Position numbers and translations under genes: made by a program. Shown here one piece after another: positions 32,626 to 47,230 of a stretch of DNA of 48,783 nucleotides. Every line of letters starts with the position of its first letter. Within the stretch, counting starts at the first letter, position 1. Location of the stretch: contig NC_068995.1 in the NCBI RefSeq assembly GCF_001194135.2, positions 47,647,627 to 47,696,409 on the forward strand, read 5' to 3'. A model generated the notes under the pieces. The model did not search any database, was not told the DNA's origin, and saw only the letters and a list, made by a program, of their open reading frames with translations. The stretch comes from Octopus bimaculoides (lineage: Eukaryota).

Positions 32626-33799
32626 TGCAAGTAGCAAGAGCCTAGCTTTAACAGATTCGTATTACACACGGAAATGTTTTATAAAGAATTCCTGGTAAAT
32701 TTGAGGTTGTTTTACTTGGATTTATGGAATATTTCAACAAATATAAGACTGAAAAAAAATAAATCAAAGAATATTGTTATCGAATTTTGTCACATTTCCT
32801 GTATTTGATTCGTCATTTCGCTAACAGGCGTATGTGTTTACAAATATAGACTTTGTTTTTATTTCGTATAAATCGTTATTTCTGTAAACAAAGTGGCGTT
32901 GTTTTTGTAAAATATTAGAATATTAATTAATGCATAAATATTTATTATTAAAATTATTGTTTTATTATTGTTATAACTATTTCGAACGTATGTAAAATTT
33001 TTCTGAAAATGAAATGAATTTTATTGTTTGTTTACAAAATTTGTTCAAATGTTTTGGTGATTGGTTTTAAAAACAAAACATGCCTTTCGATGTTTACGAT
33101 GTCTTTAACAAGAATTTATTTAATCAATGTTACCTTATTACAATTATATTCAACTTTCATTTTAACCAGACCTTATTTTATTCACACTTCGACAGATTTT
33201 CAGTTTACGACGCGTGCAAGTATGTTTAGTTCACTTTACAATCAAATGTTTCAGTCTTTTTTTTTTTTTTTTTTAACAAAAGTTTAACCTTACCTAAACT
33301 GTTCTTATATATATAACCAATATCTTCAGCCTGAAGCTAACAATGTGTCGTTGTTGCTTTTACGTATTGTTTTAGCACGTAAAATAAAAAAAACAAAAAA
33401 CAAACTGAAAGTAAAATGTGAGGTAAAAAGAAAAATGAAAGTAAAAAATAAAAAAAAAAACGACAATATAAAATACGGAAGAATTGAGAGTAATTTCCCT
33501 ATTTATTTCTTGAATACTCTTTAAATCATTTTGCGACAACAGGTACCAACGTTTATTCTAGCAACAAACGATGTATCAAGTGCTGCATATCGGATAATGC
33601 ATGGGAATTTTGACACTTGAACCCAAATAATGTCATCATTCAAACGCATTCAATTGAAAGATGAACATTGGTTAAAAAGAAACTGCACTGACTATGAGGG
33701 ACGAGCAATGTTTTATTCATATCCTACTCCCACGAACCCATATGAGGGAATTAATTCAGTAATCATATTTTTGCAAGCCTATAAATGTTATGTTTTTAA

Positions 33800-34039
33800 G
33801 ATTTTTCTGATTTGGCGGACACCATTTGTTTTCTAACGAAACATTTACCTCGCATTTTACTTTCAGTTTTTTCTTTTACGTGCTAAACACTTTCAAACTT
33901 GGGATACTGGTAGAATGTGTCATAGAAAACATCTTTTTCTCTGTTCTATAAGACAAAATATACAAGTATATGAAGTTTTAAAGTGTTTCGGTAGAAAACA
34001 CACTAAATAAAAAATGGTGTCCGCCAAATCAGAAAAATC
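33800..34039. mobile_element. MITE-like element with perfect 28-bp inverted repeats
   Basis: GATTTTTCTGATTTGGCGGACACCATTT at 33800-33827 and its reverse complement at 34012-34039. Confidence 0.7.
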
Positions 34040-36721
34040 CTGTTTTTATTTCACTACATTATGTTTTCATGTTATGTAAATATATTCTTTAGTCTCTTNN
34101 NNNNNNNNNNNNNNNNNNNNNNNNNNNNNNNNNNNNNNNNNNNNNNNNNNNNNNNNNNNNNNNNNNNNNNNNNNNNNNNNNNNNNNNNNNNNNNNNNNNN
34201 NNNNNNNNNNNNNNNNNNNNNNNNNNNNNNNNNNNNNNNNNNNNNNNNNNNNNNNNNNNNNNNNNNNNNNNNNNNNNNNNNNNNNNNNNNNNNNNNNNNN
34301 NNNNNNNNNNNNNNNNNNNNNNNNNNNNNNNNNNNNNNNNNNNNNNNNNNNNNNNNNNNNNNNNNNNNNNNNNNNNNNNNNNNNNNNNNNNNNNNNNNNN
34401 NNNNNNNNNNNNNNNNNNNNNNNNNNNNNNNNNNNNNNNNNNNNNNNNNNNNNNNNNNNNNNNNNNNNNNNNNNNNNNNNNNNNTGAGACTATAATAGTT
34501 TCAGTTTTAATTCCATTGTGATAACACTAAATCCAAGGTATATAAAAATCACATTTACCGATGGAGTTTTAAAAGTACAGCTGTCAGCAGATGCGTTATC
34601 TACCGGAAACGAAAATACGTATACATACATCTAGCGTCCCATCCATCCATCCACCCATCCATCCATCCATCCATCCAAAAAATAAGTCCTGGAGTCGATT
34701 CGTTCGACTAAAGGCGGTGCTCTAGCATGGCCGCAGTCAAATGACTGAAGCAAGTAAGTGAATAAATGAATACACACATACATCATTTATTCCTTACTTG
34801 TTTCAGTCATTGGACTGCGGCCATGCTGGGGCACCGCCTTGAATCTGTTAGTCGAATAAATTTACCCCAGTACTAATTTTTTTTTAAAGCCTGGCAATAT
34901 TACGTCTTTTTTTCCATTTGCCGAACCGCTAAGTTACGACGATGCAAACACACCATCACCGCTTGTCAAGCAGTGGGGCGGGGGCACACACATACATACG
35001 TGACGGGCTTCTTTCAGTTTCCATCTACCAAATATGCTCACAAGGCTTTGGTCAGCCTGAGGCTACAGTAGGAAACACCTGGTCAAGATGCCACGCAGTG
35101 GGACTAAACCCGGAACCATGTGGTTGGGAAGCAATCTTATCACCACACAGTCACGCCATACATACGTTCATACATACATACATACATACATAACGGCTGT
35201 CCACTCGTGACCGAGGAAGACCATCACTGACCATTGTCCACAGAAAAAGCCAAAATTCGAACATGTATCTCATTGAGTTCTTGTAGTGACCATTTTAGAA
35301 GACCAAAAGTGGGCGTAGGAACAGATACTGCAATGGTGAAGACGATAAACTTGTTCTAATTGCACATGTATGTATGTATGTATTATGTATGTATGTATGT
35401 ACGCACGTTTCTGTGCGTGCAAGCATGCGTATGTGCGTGCGCGCACTCGGCTTCGCCGAGGTTTATATCTACGCGCCCTCCTACTCAACCGGGCACCGGA
35501 TAATCGCTGCTCCGGCGATTGCACAGTCTAATATTTTAGGTTCAATAAGGCTTGCACAGCATTTCACAGACCCTCTCCACACTACTGTCACGGTCCAGAG
35601 ACAAGCCAGGATAAAATATCCAGTACCAATATGGATCATAGGCTCAGAAATGTTCAATGTCGTTCAATGTCGTTCCCTGCATATTTGAGCCTCTGACGTA
35701 ATCCGCAGGCCGAATTAGCATGATGCGGTGTGTAGCAAAGATGGACCCTTTGAGTAACAGGTACAATCAACCCGACGAGTTTCAGTTAAGCTAATGTCTA
35801 CGCAGTTCCACTTATAAATAATATACAAGGCTGTTGAAAATGACGGCCTGCCAAAAATTTATACACTGCGATTGCAAGATGGTTGCAAAATGAACTCTGT
35901 AACTGTTCGGCCATGCTGTACCTACAAGATCATGTGTTTGTTTGTTTGTCTGTAGGCATGCATATATTTATACCACAAAAAAGAAATTCTACCTATTAAG
36001 GTACAGGCGTGGCTGTGTGGTAAGAAGCTTGCTTCTCAACCACAAGGCTCTAGGTTCAGTCCCACTGCGTGACACCTTGGGCAAGTGTCTTCTTCTATAG
36101 CTTCGGGCCGACTAAAGCCTTGTGAGCGGATTCGGTAGACTGAAAGAAACCCGTCGTTTGTGTGTGCACACGCATATATAAAAGCCCTGAGATTTATTTG
36201 TTCGACTAAAACCCTTCAACTGACGGAAATAAATAAATAAAAAGAAATGTTTTAATTTAAAAAAAGATCTTAAGGGAGGTAAGTTTTAAAAGTTATTTAA
36301 AGAGTTATCTTTCGTGTTTGGGAAATTATAGAGTTTACCCTAATTCCACTCTAAGCACAGGTCTACTCTGGCTCGTGAAACAAGTAGCAGTCAAAGGATC
36401 AGAAATACCAGAAGATGATCCTGAGACCGAAGTATAAAGGAATCGGAGGAGGACTAGCTCTCAGACACGTGTCACACTGCTCCACCGGTGTGTGGAAATG
36501 CTCGATGCTATGTGAACAAGTTCCTCTGGCTTAGGATTATATAGGCCCTGTGTCTCATAAGTGAACTCGAAAGAGCAGGTCAGTGGCAGAGTGAACTGTA
36601 AACAAACCTGGCAGAAGGCAATAGGAAATCAATGCTGTGGCTCTCCTAAAAAAGGATTCATGAATTTTCAGGGTTTAGAATTGGCGTCCATGAAAACTGG
36701 TGCCTGTAGGCAAGGTATGTG

Positions 36722-36752
<31 letters not shown>

Positions 36753-36802
36753 GAGAGAGAGNNNNNNNNNNNNNNNNNNNNNNNNNNGTAGGCAAGGTAT
36801 GT

Positions 36803-36861
<59 letters not shown>

Positions 36862-36958
36862 GGGAGGGAGGGAGAGCTGGAATAGACAGACATATGTCTT
36901 ATACTAACCATGATACATTGAAAAACAATCCACTTCATCTTGCCATATTATCCCGCCC

Positions 36959-36989
<31 letters not shown>

Positions 36990-37567
36990 GAATGAAAGAG
37001 GGGAGGGGGAGAAAACGTGTGAAAAGAGAGTGAGAAGTGAGGTGGGAGCAGGAAGATTCGACGCTAGTATGGGACGGCTATGTTATTTGATTACACAAGT
37101 CAGATGAAAAGTACAGTTGATTTAGAAGGGAGTCGAACTCGAAGTACATAAAATGCTAGAAAATAACGATCTTTCCAATTACAAGTGAACCTCTTATATA
37201 CACACAAAAAAGGGTAATAGACATAAAAATTAAAATCTAAGGGACGTAAATCTACAATTTGTTTCAGAAGTTGTTCCCCCTACAATCTCATTTCATTGTT
37301 TACAATTTTGTGTAAATTATGTTGTTTTTTTTTTTACTGGATTCGCTGCTTTACGCTATGGCCATACTGGGGCACAACCTTTTAGTGCTTCGTTCGAATA
37401 TGGCGGAAAATTTTATATTTATGTTATCACTTCCTTTTTTGTCGATCACTATAATTGTTTAACCAGCTTCGAACATACAAATACTATGTATGCATGTATG
37501 TATGTATTTGTGTGGATACGATCGTGTATGTGTGTGATTGTGTATGAGTATGTATACACACACATAC

Positions 37568-37618
<51 letters not shown>

Positions 37619-39629
37619 TTTGGTCTCTTATATGTAAGCATATATTCATTTAAATCTTGTACGACTCTATTCTTTCTTTCTATCAACCCTTTCACACTTA
37701 TTTGTTCATTCCACTCTTCGTTCTGGCATGAGATTGTATTCAACTCTCAAATGATTCCATTGATTTGCTTTATGATGTTAGATCTCACCTCCAAGATACA
37801 GCACTGAATACCTTGCGAAAATCTTCTCTTAACAAAATTTATCACTTTTCTGAAGAATAGATTACAATCTATCGAGTTAAATCATAACATGCCAATATAT
37901 ATTTATATATTTATATATAAATACTCACTTCCAAGGGACGCAATTAGATACAAAGTTATTGAACTTGATAAAAAAGGGAGATAACTCATTACCTTTTTTC
38001 TACATCGTAATTTTACTGCTGTTCCATTCCTTCATTCTTCGCTTACCTTTGAACTCTGAAGGAATAGCCTCCAACCCTCAACCCCCTATTCCACACCAAC
38101 TCCACCACCACCGCCGCCGTCAGTCCTGATCTCGCAAATCTACGATCAAATGCATTCCACTTGTGACCGTCCAGTCTTATTCCGATAAAAAGTGTGAGAT
38201 TATTAAACTCAGTTAACATGATACAAGCTTATGAAGGAAATACTTGAAATGTTTCTTGAAGTATCTTGTCTCCATTAATGGGCATAGGCATTCGGCATTT
38301 ATATAATTTTTGGCCAATAGTCGCAAAGCGCAGTTTTTGTAACGCAAGTATCCCATTCTTACTTGGGTAGACTAGAGAAACGAGAAATATATAGAAATAA
38401 ACAATGTGCCACCCGGTTCTGGGATCGAACGTGCAAATTTTTCTTATCTTAGAGGCCAACATCCTAACTGCTAGTTAATGCACCTTCCCGCTAATACCAG
38501 AACGAAATTTTAAATATAGATTCGCACCATGAATGTAAAGGTTACACCTGTTTCGCGGTACAATTGAAGATACTTAAAACAGAATAACGAAAAATAAAAT
38601 GTTTCTCGAGAGCTACAGACTTGACTGGGATTCGATCCAACGTCCAACAGGTCACGTGTCTTTACGCGTATGTATGTATGTATATGAATGCATGCCAGTA
38701 TGTACATACGCGCGAGCGCGTGTGTGTAGTAGGAGGCTGTAGTGGGAGACACTGCCAAAAACATGTAAATTATATAAGGTTCGAGACACAACAATGGAAT
38801 CTTAAGACAGAATAACAAAATAAATATAAAGAAATATAAAGAATCAAAAGAAAAAAGTTTCCTTACATATAAAGACTTGACTGGGAATCGAACGTAAGCC
38901 CAACAGCCTAACTGCTAGTTCATGAATTTCACGCTTTTAGCAGCACTAACTTGTAAATAAATAACTTGAACTATTAATATGTAGTTAATGCTTATTTTTG
39001 AAAGCAGATAATCTATATACGATAGCGTGTAGGATCTCAGCTACAGGTTAATAAGCATGTGAACTGAGGTCAGCTGTGAATATGGGAACAATCCGGGCCA
39101 AATCACGGGTGGTCCCTTGGCAATGCTTAGTGGACGGTAAGCATCCGAGCCAGGGTTACGTTGACATCATAGGGTGCAACATGATAAATGTGAACTATTT
39201 CGGCAGATGAAATTTATTGAGTCAATGGGGAATAATGGACCCTGAGTGGATGAACAGACAAAAAAAACTGTCAACGGCCAGAATCAACCATCGTCTGTTG
39301 TCGTGACGTGCGCAAATGAGACGTTCAGCCATTGAAAGACCACCGATGACTTATTGGTCTGGGACGTCACCCGACCAGATTGTGATGAAAAGAGAAAGGA
39401 ACATGAAATTTCTATAGCTTAAAGGTCTGTAGGGAAGGTCTGAAATAGATAAAAAAAAAGAATTAAAGAATTACTAGGTGTCGCTGTGTTGTTAGAAGCT
39501 TGTTTCCCAATCACATGGTTCCGGGTTCAGTCCCACTGCGTGGCACCTTGAGCAAGTGTCTTCTACTATAGCATCGAGCCGACCATAGCCTTGTGAATGG
39601 ATTTGGTAGACGGAAACTGAAAGAAGCCG

Positions 39630-39685
<56 letters not shown>

Positions 39686-39720
39686 GTATGTGTGAGTGTG
39701 TATAAATATTTCAATTTATG

Positions 39721-39753
<33 letters not shown>

Positions 39754-40545
39754 TGTGTGTTTGTCTTTGTTTCTGTGTTTGTCCCCAAATCCTCGGTTGA
39801 CAACTGGTGTTGGTGTGTTTACGTCCAATAGAGACCAATAGAATAAGTAGCAGGACTTTAAAAAAAGAAAAAAAGATATGTCCTGAGGTCGAGTTGTTCG
39901 ACAAAAATACTTCAAGGCGGGTGCTCCAGCATGGCCGCAGTCAAGGGCCTGAAACAAGTAAAAGAATAAAAGACCAAAATATGGAAATACGTATCTATAT
40001 TGACAAGACCAGAAGGTATGGTCTCTAATAGACGAAACGAATGATTAAAATTGATCGATACGTTTAAATATCAATGGAGGTAAGATCTCTCGGGTGCGGT
40101 CTTAATAGACAAACCAATGACAGAAAGACACATTTAATATGAGAAGCGAGAGAGTCTCTTGCTGTAGTCTCTCATTGATTAGGCCAAGTAGTTAATTAAA
40201 AGAGAAAGCACAACGAGGAGCTGATTGATTAAAACAAAAAGTTTGCCTCATAAGAAACATCTAGGATATTAAGAACTATAAGGGAAATGTAGACTACGTA
40301 ATGCGCACGCACACACACATAGGCACGCATACGCACACACACATTCCTTCATTCTTTTACTTGCTCCCGTCATTTGGCTGTGTCCCCCCCCCCGCCACTC
40401 CAAGTACTTATTCCACCGCTCTCTTTTTGCCGAACCGCGCTACGTTACGAGAACGTAAACACGCGAACGCGGGTTGTCAAGCGGTGATGGGGAGACCAAC
40501 ACAGACACAAAGACACACACACATAGCTATACATACATACATACG

Positions 40546-40581
<36 letters not shown>

Positions 40582-41359
40582 NNNNNNNNNNNNNNNNNNN
40601 NNNNNNNNNNNNNNNNNNNNNNNNNNNNNNNNNNNNNNNNNNNNNNNNNNNNNNNNNNNNNNNNNNNNNNNNNNNNNNNNNNNNNNNNNNNNNNNNNNNN
40701 NNNNNNNNNNNNNNNNNNNNNNNNNNNNNNNNNNNNNNNNNNNNNNNNNNNNNNNNNNNNNNNNNNNNNNNNNNNNNNNNNNNNNNNNNNNNNNNNNNNN
40801 NNNNNNNNNNNNNNNNNNNNNNNNNNNNNNNNNNNNNNNNNNNNNNNNNNNNNNNNNNNNNNNNNNNNNNNNNNNNNNNNNNNNNNNNNNNNNNNNNNNN
40901 NNNNNNNNNNNNNNNNNNNNNNNNNNNNNNNNNNNNNNNNNNNNNNNNNNNNNNNNNNNNNNNNNNNNNNNNNNNNNNNNNNNNNNNNNNNNNNNNNNNN
41001 NNNNNNNNNNNNNNNNNNNNNNNNNNNNNNNNNNNNNNNNNNNNNNNNNNNNNNNNNNNNNNNNNNNNNNNNNNNNNNNNNNNNNNNNNNNNNNNNNNNN
41101 NNNNNNNNNNNNNNNNNNNNNNNNNNNNNNNNNNNNNNNNNNNNNNNNNNNNNNNNNNNNNNNNNNNNNNNNNNNNNNNNNNNNNNNNNNNNNNNNNNNN
41201 NNNNNNNNNNNNNNNNNNNNNNNNNNNNNNNNNNNNNNNNNNNNNNNNNNNNNNNNNNNNNNNNNNNNNNNNNNNNNNNNNNNNNNNNNNNNNNNNNNNN
41301 NNNNNNNNNNNNNNNNNNNNNNNNNNNNNNNNNNNNNNNNNNNNNNNNNNNNNNNNNNN

Positions 41360-41406
<47 letters not shown>

Positions 41407-41442
41407 CACTTACGTATATATATGCGTATGTAAGTGTATATA

Positions 41443-41647
41443 TTTGTGCTGTGTATGGAGAGGGTGCCATAACTGAAATAACTGCTCGCGATTGGTATGT
41501 CAAGTTCATAAATGGAAATTTTGACCTCAAAGACGCACCCAGTTCTGGCCGTCCAGTTGAGTTCGATGAAGAGCGATTAAACCAACTTTTGCACGAAAAT
41601 TCTAGTGAAACAACAAGGGAACTGGCAGAGAAAATGGAATGCTCCCA
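41443..41647 (+). mobile_element. Mariner transposase N-terminal HTH fragment (degenerate)
   Basis: ICAVYGEGAITEITARDWYVKFINGNFDLKDAPSSGRPVEFDEERLNQLLHEN...TTRELAEKM matches the mariner/SETMAR-type W...F..G.F.L.D..RSGRP...T.RELA pattern. It is truncated into microsatellite. Confidence 0.85.
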
Positions 41648-43646
41648 ATATATATGCGTATATATATGTGTATGTATGTATGTATATATATGTATATATA
41701 TGTATGTATATATACATACACATACATCCATACATATACATGCATATATATATATTTACACACGCGCGCACACACACACGCAGACACACACACATGCACA
41801 CGCCTTTGAAACTGCAAAGTATTGGCAATATTCTTCTCAAGACCATACATAATACATATAAATTCATTGAACAGAGAAAGAAATGGATAATAATTTCTAA
41901 AGTAATTCCTTAGGTTATATCACATTTAAGACGTAATTGGGAGACAAAGGCGAGATATGATCAATTTAGTCAATCAACTCTAACACTTGACTCAAAATTA
42001 TTTGATAAAATTTAGAAATGTAAACGGTAATTCAACGTCGACAAGTTGTGAACTCAGAATATACCGGAAAGCAAATAAATATGGCAAGGCCGTTTTGTTT
42101 TGCACTCAACCCATTCTGTCACACATTACCTTTCTAATCGGACAAAACAATGATAATCAGCAATCTCAACCGTCAAATTGTCGTACAGATCTTCGTAATC
42201 TTTTCTTGACGTTTCGGAATTTTATCCGTCATCGAAGGAATATAGTTGTTGAATTCTCTTCCGTCGCTCGTCTGCTGCTGAGAAATAGCATTTAGCGATT
42301 CTGTCTCTTGATGAAGGGTGACATTCCGACACGTTCAGCTCTACAACGTAAATGAATTATTTTCTGCTTTTCTTTGTTTGTGTTGGGTATATTACCAAAA
42401 TACTGCCGCAGCTTCTGGTTCTGGACTAAATAAGATTAAACTAGTTACAACAACAAGTGATGGATCTCCGTCGTTTACGACGAGGATTCGGTTGTTTGAT
42501 CATCTTTATTATCTGCTTATTGAATTAACGTGTAATTGGTCGAGCACTATGACAGGTAATTGTACTTTAACGTAATTTACGAGCAGAATCAGCGTGTTTC
42601 AGTGTGTGACAAGGTTTTTAACTTTTGAATTGCAATCCATCCGACAGACTTCTATGCAGTTTCCCTTTGAATTGTTTCTTCCATCAAAATTGGAATAATC
42701 CGAGGCTATTTAAAATGATGTTCGCCAAAGATGCCTAGCAGTGGGATCGTACCCGGGACAACATCAACAGCAGCAGCATCAACAACATCGATAATAATAA
42801 TAATAATAACAATAATAATCATGATTTCGTTTATTTGCCACAAGGGCGAAGGATGAGGGGGACAATACAGAGACAGACATAAAGTGTTGGGGTTTACTTA
42901 TAATAATGAAATGATAAATGTATACACGGTACACACTGGAAAAGGAGGGACATGTGTATAGCATACAAAGAAAAGCTGGAGGGGTATGATAGAGAAGTGG
43001 CCTTCCTGATACAGGAACACCTCTAGGGATAATGGAGGAACCCCACTGTCTGAGATTTCCCAGAAACTCTAGGAGCAAGTGCCCTCTCCAATTCTTTCTC
43101 TCCGACTCTCAGGTCTACACTTAGAGAGGTACCATCCACTCTTGCCATTTTCGCAACTTTCACTCACCTTTCAATAAACTCACTCGAGGACAGCACCTCC
43201 CTCTTCACTCTCAGTTTCCTTTTCAGGTGAAACTTGAAAAAGTCAATGAGAGATCTACCAAAGAGGAATGTATCTGTCCACTTACTTCACTATCAGCGGA
43301 CTGTCAACGGAGATCTGTGTCGACACAATATCAAGATATGGCTTATAAAATACCCAAGCCTACGCTGTAGATATACATATATGCATATCTATATATATAT
43401 ATATATACATATATATGTATATGTATATATACATGTAGTGTACATGCAGACGCATTTATGTAATGGTTATTCTTTCTTTCTGTATTTTCTAATGACGGTC
43501 ACGTGTCTTCTCACGTGTCTTCTTTCTGTATTTTCTAATGACGGTCACGTGTCTTCTTCGTGTCATAGGTTCAAGTATGTGACTCGATCAATTTTGCTAT
43601 TTACCTCACACACGCGCATGTTCATAGAGACAGACACACATTTAAG

Positions 43647-43678
<32 letters not shown>

Positions 43679-44160
43679 GATATATTTAGATATATACGTA
43701 TATATATACACTTTTACACTTTTACTTGTTTCAGTCTTTTGACTGCGGCCATGCTGGAGCACCGCCTTTAGTCGAAGAAATCGACCCCAGGACTTATTCT
43801 TTGGAAGCCTAGTACTTATTCTATCGGTCTCTTTTGCCGAACCACTAAGTTACGGGGACATAAACACACCAGCATCGGTTGTCAAGCGATGTTGGGGGGA
43901 CAAACACAGACATACAAACACACACACACACACACACATACACATATATATACACATATACGACGAGCTTCTTTCAGTTTCCGTCTACCAAATCCACTCA
44001 CAAGGCATTGGTCGGCCCGAGGCTATAGTAGAAGGCACTTGCCCAAGATGCCACGCAGTGGGACTGAACCCGGGACCATGTGGTTGGTAAGCAAGCTACT
44101 TACCACACAGCCACTCCTACGCCTATATATATATTTCTTTTTTATATATGGACGTGTGTG

Positions 44161-44192
<32 letters not shown>

Positions 44193-45399
44193 TGATATAC
44201 ACTCACACACAAATATATGTATATATAATCACATGCATACATATATATATATATAGATAAAACTTGCGTATGTATACGTTCGTAAAAGTGTGTCTGTTAT
44301 GAGTATTTGTGTGTGAAATCATGCACACAAGGATATATGCGTAGATGTGATGTATGTGTGTATATATGTATGCATATGTGTATGAGTTTATGTATGTGCG
44401 TGTGTGTGTGCGTGCGCGCGCGTATTAGCATATACATGAAATATATAATAAAATCGATCGAATTCACAGATTTGAACCTGTGGCACGATTTAACTCGAAA
44501 GGAACCTCGTCAGCTTCATTAGACAGAAAAAATAAATAAAAAGAAAAAAGATAAATCAAGAGAAAGAATAGCAATTAGAGAGAAAGAGAGTGCAAAAGAT
44601 ATAACGAGAATAAGAGAGAGAGAGAGAGAGAGAGTGAGAGAGAGAGAGAATAGACGGAGAGGGACAGAGAAAGCGTTGGAACGAAGAACATTTGATTGAA
44701 ACCTAACTAACTATTGAACATTTTCGATGGTATTTATCTCATCAAATCGGTCAGTTAATGCAAAGCGACAGAAGTTTATCTGAAATATGATATTTAAGCT
44801 TCAAAGCACGCTTTGGGAAATGCTTGGGGGATCTTTTTCACACCAATTTATGTCCATTTATTTACTCAGCTAATTGGAGAGGTTTTCGTTTGATGTCATC
44901 GTTTTCAGCTCGAGTGAATAATGGCTGCGCAATGGGGATCCGCAGTCGTATGACGGTGGCAGACGATTGATCGTGCAGTTAACTGAATGGCAGAAATATA
45001 ATAAAAAGAAAATGAAACATTTCGCGGAGTTCCATAGAGTAAAACTATAACAAACTCTAAACTCTTAAATGTCTCCGAATATAGAAAGTGAATTAAAAAT
45101 CTTACTGTAAATATTTTAACTTTACTCCATATCCGTCTGTGAAAGTTGTTTATTTAGTCAATGGATGACGAAGGTGGGCGAAGAAGTGGCATGGATGTCT
45201 GTCTATCTTTACTTACGGTTGGTTATTTAGTATTTGGTAATGTAATTAATTAACGCTACTGCTATATTGATTGTAGTTTTCATAACTTGTTTGATATCGA
45301 TCTCGATAGAAACATAGATTGATGACTAGATAGACAAATGACTGGATATAAAGAGAGAAACATAAGAGGACAGACAGCTATGTGGAGAAATACATACAT

Positions 45400-45864
45400 A
45401 GGTACATACATAGATACATATATAGTATGTGTGTGTGTGTGTGTGTATAGATAGATAAATGGATAGAAAGATAAATAGACAGATAGGTCAATAGATAGAT
45501 AGAAAGATTGATAGATAGACAGACAGAGACGGACAGAAAGACAGACAGACAGATAGATAGATAGACAGATAGATAGATAGAATGATAGATAGATAGATAG
45601 ATTGGTAGATAGGTAGGCGGACAAAGATGGTGAGTTAATGTGATGAGATCGAGACGATGTGATTGGTTGATGTTGATTGGAGAGACAAGTATATGTGTTT
45701 AACGGGTGTTTAATGGGTTGGCCTTTTAGATTGACTGACCCAGGTAAATGTCAACTAGATTAGACACGGTCGATCGACAGGTAGATAGACTGAACGGCTG
45801 ACTGCTACATACATGCATATGTACATATGTATATGGATGAATGGATATGTAACATAGAAACTTG

Positions 45865-45895
<31 letters not shown>

Positions 45896-46499
45896 CACTT
45901 AGATGTATATGCATACATATATACACATATACACATAGATTAATACACATAATAGAAATCTTGCCTGTGCAGATCAACACCAGTCTGTTTGATGTCTATT
46001 TGATCGTGTATGTGTGTGTATACACATACACACATTCATATATATTCATACATAGACACTCACGCACACACACATACACATATATGCTTGTATGTATATA
46101 TATATATATGTGTGTGTGGGTGTGTTTAGATGTAACTAAGCTTATAAATTGATGGGTGATTGACAGACAGACAGTCTGATAGATAGTTAGTTAGACAGGT
46201 AGATAGATGTATAGATAGATAGACAGACAGACAGATAGCTAGCTAGCGAGCTAGCTAGATAAATAGATAGATAAATAGATAGATAGATCGACTGATAGAT
46301 AGAGACATACGCATGGCTAGATATGCAACTATATGCACGAGAATACTTACATAAAACAAAACATAGAAATCTGCACATGTACATACATACATGAAAATTA
46401 CCCTGTTGATGTTGAAATTCCAATGAAGGAACCTTGGATCTAGGTTAGAAACCGGTTCTTTCTCTATTGGTAAGAAATCTTGAAATAAACTGAATAATG

Positions 46500-46532
<33 letters not shown>

Positions 46533-47230
46533 GACAGGTAGGTAAATATATACTTTTTGGTAAAGTCTGACAAAATAGGTACGACAATTTTTTTCCTATG
46601 ATGACATTTTTTTCTATTCAATTCACCAATGGAAAAAAAAGTCATTGTCATGTGTTTTCTATATGCCATTGGTAGGATTAATGTGGATGATGCCTAGCTT
46701 GAACAATTGCAGAGAATACGTAGGTAGGAAACTGAAGTGGAGATTCTTGTACGAATGACTGGAACAGATGAGCGATCGATCTCAATGAAAAAAAAAAAAA
46801 AAAAAAAAAAAANNNNNNNNNNAAAAAAAAAAAAAAAAAAAAGAAAAGAAAACAGATGTGACACAATGTTAAAATGTCGAGTGAAAAGACGAACGCTGCG
46901 CGCTCGCGTATATATGTGTGCATGCATACATGCACGCGCGCGCGCACATTCGCACACATACGCATATGAACATATCTATACATTTATATAGATAAACACA
47001 TACATGCACCTATACACATATACATATATATACATATGTATATATATATGTATGAGCATATGCATACATACAAACGTATATGTAAGCATATATGTATATA
47101 TATATATATATCTATTTGTACAAGAGTATACATATATATATATGTGTGTGTGTATGTATATATGTATGTGTATATATGTACAGATAGGTAGGTAGGTAGA
47201 TGGATGGATGGATGGACAGACAGGCAGACA
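45400..47230. repeat. Microsatellite-rich region: (GATA)n, (GACA)n, (TACA)n, (TA)n, (CA)n, poly-A
   Basis: Direct reading. It accounts for the IYIY/CVCV/YLSI ORFs. Confidence 0.9.

Noticed and set aside
33630-33836. ORF MSSFKRIQLKDEHW... as a divergent gene exon
   Set aside because: No recognisable homology or partner exons, and it overlaps MITE-like repeats.
35374-35830. GC-richer segment and ORF 35374-35688
   Set aside because: No recognisable domain in any frame I checked. Probably a decayed repeat.
38047-38055. Possible 9-nt micro-exon on the minus strand (ttcag|AGTTCAAAG|gtaagc)
   Set aside because: It lies 5.4 kb upstream of the ATG, has a weak pyrimidine tract and has no other support. 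Expected by chance.
38390-38930. Three degenerate B-box-containing units (GTTCGAT.CCAG) at about 230-250 bp spacing
   Set aside because: No cloverleaf can be built. Likely decayed SINE heads.
42950-43326. Possible solo LTR (AATAAA, TG...CA)
   Set aside because: I could not find a matching TSD, PBS or PPT.
43475-43556. 36-bp direct duplication with 46-bp period
   Set aside because: A simple local slippage duplication with no structural or functional signal.
46418-46460. Hammerhead-like stem AACCT/AGGTT followed by AGAAAC
   Set aside because: The CUGANGA core is absent (CAATGA), so it is too degenerate.
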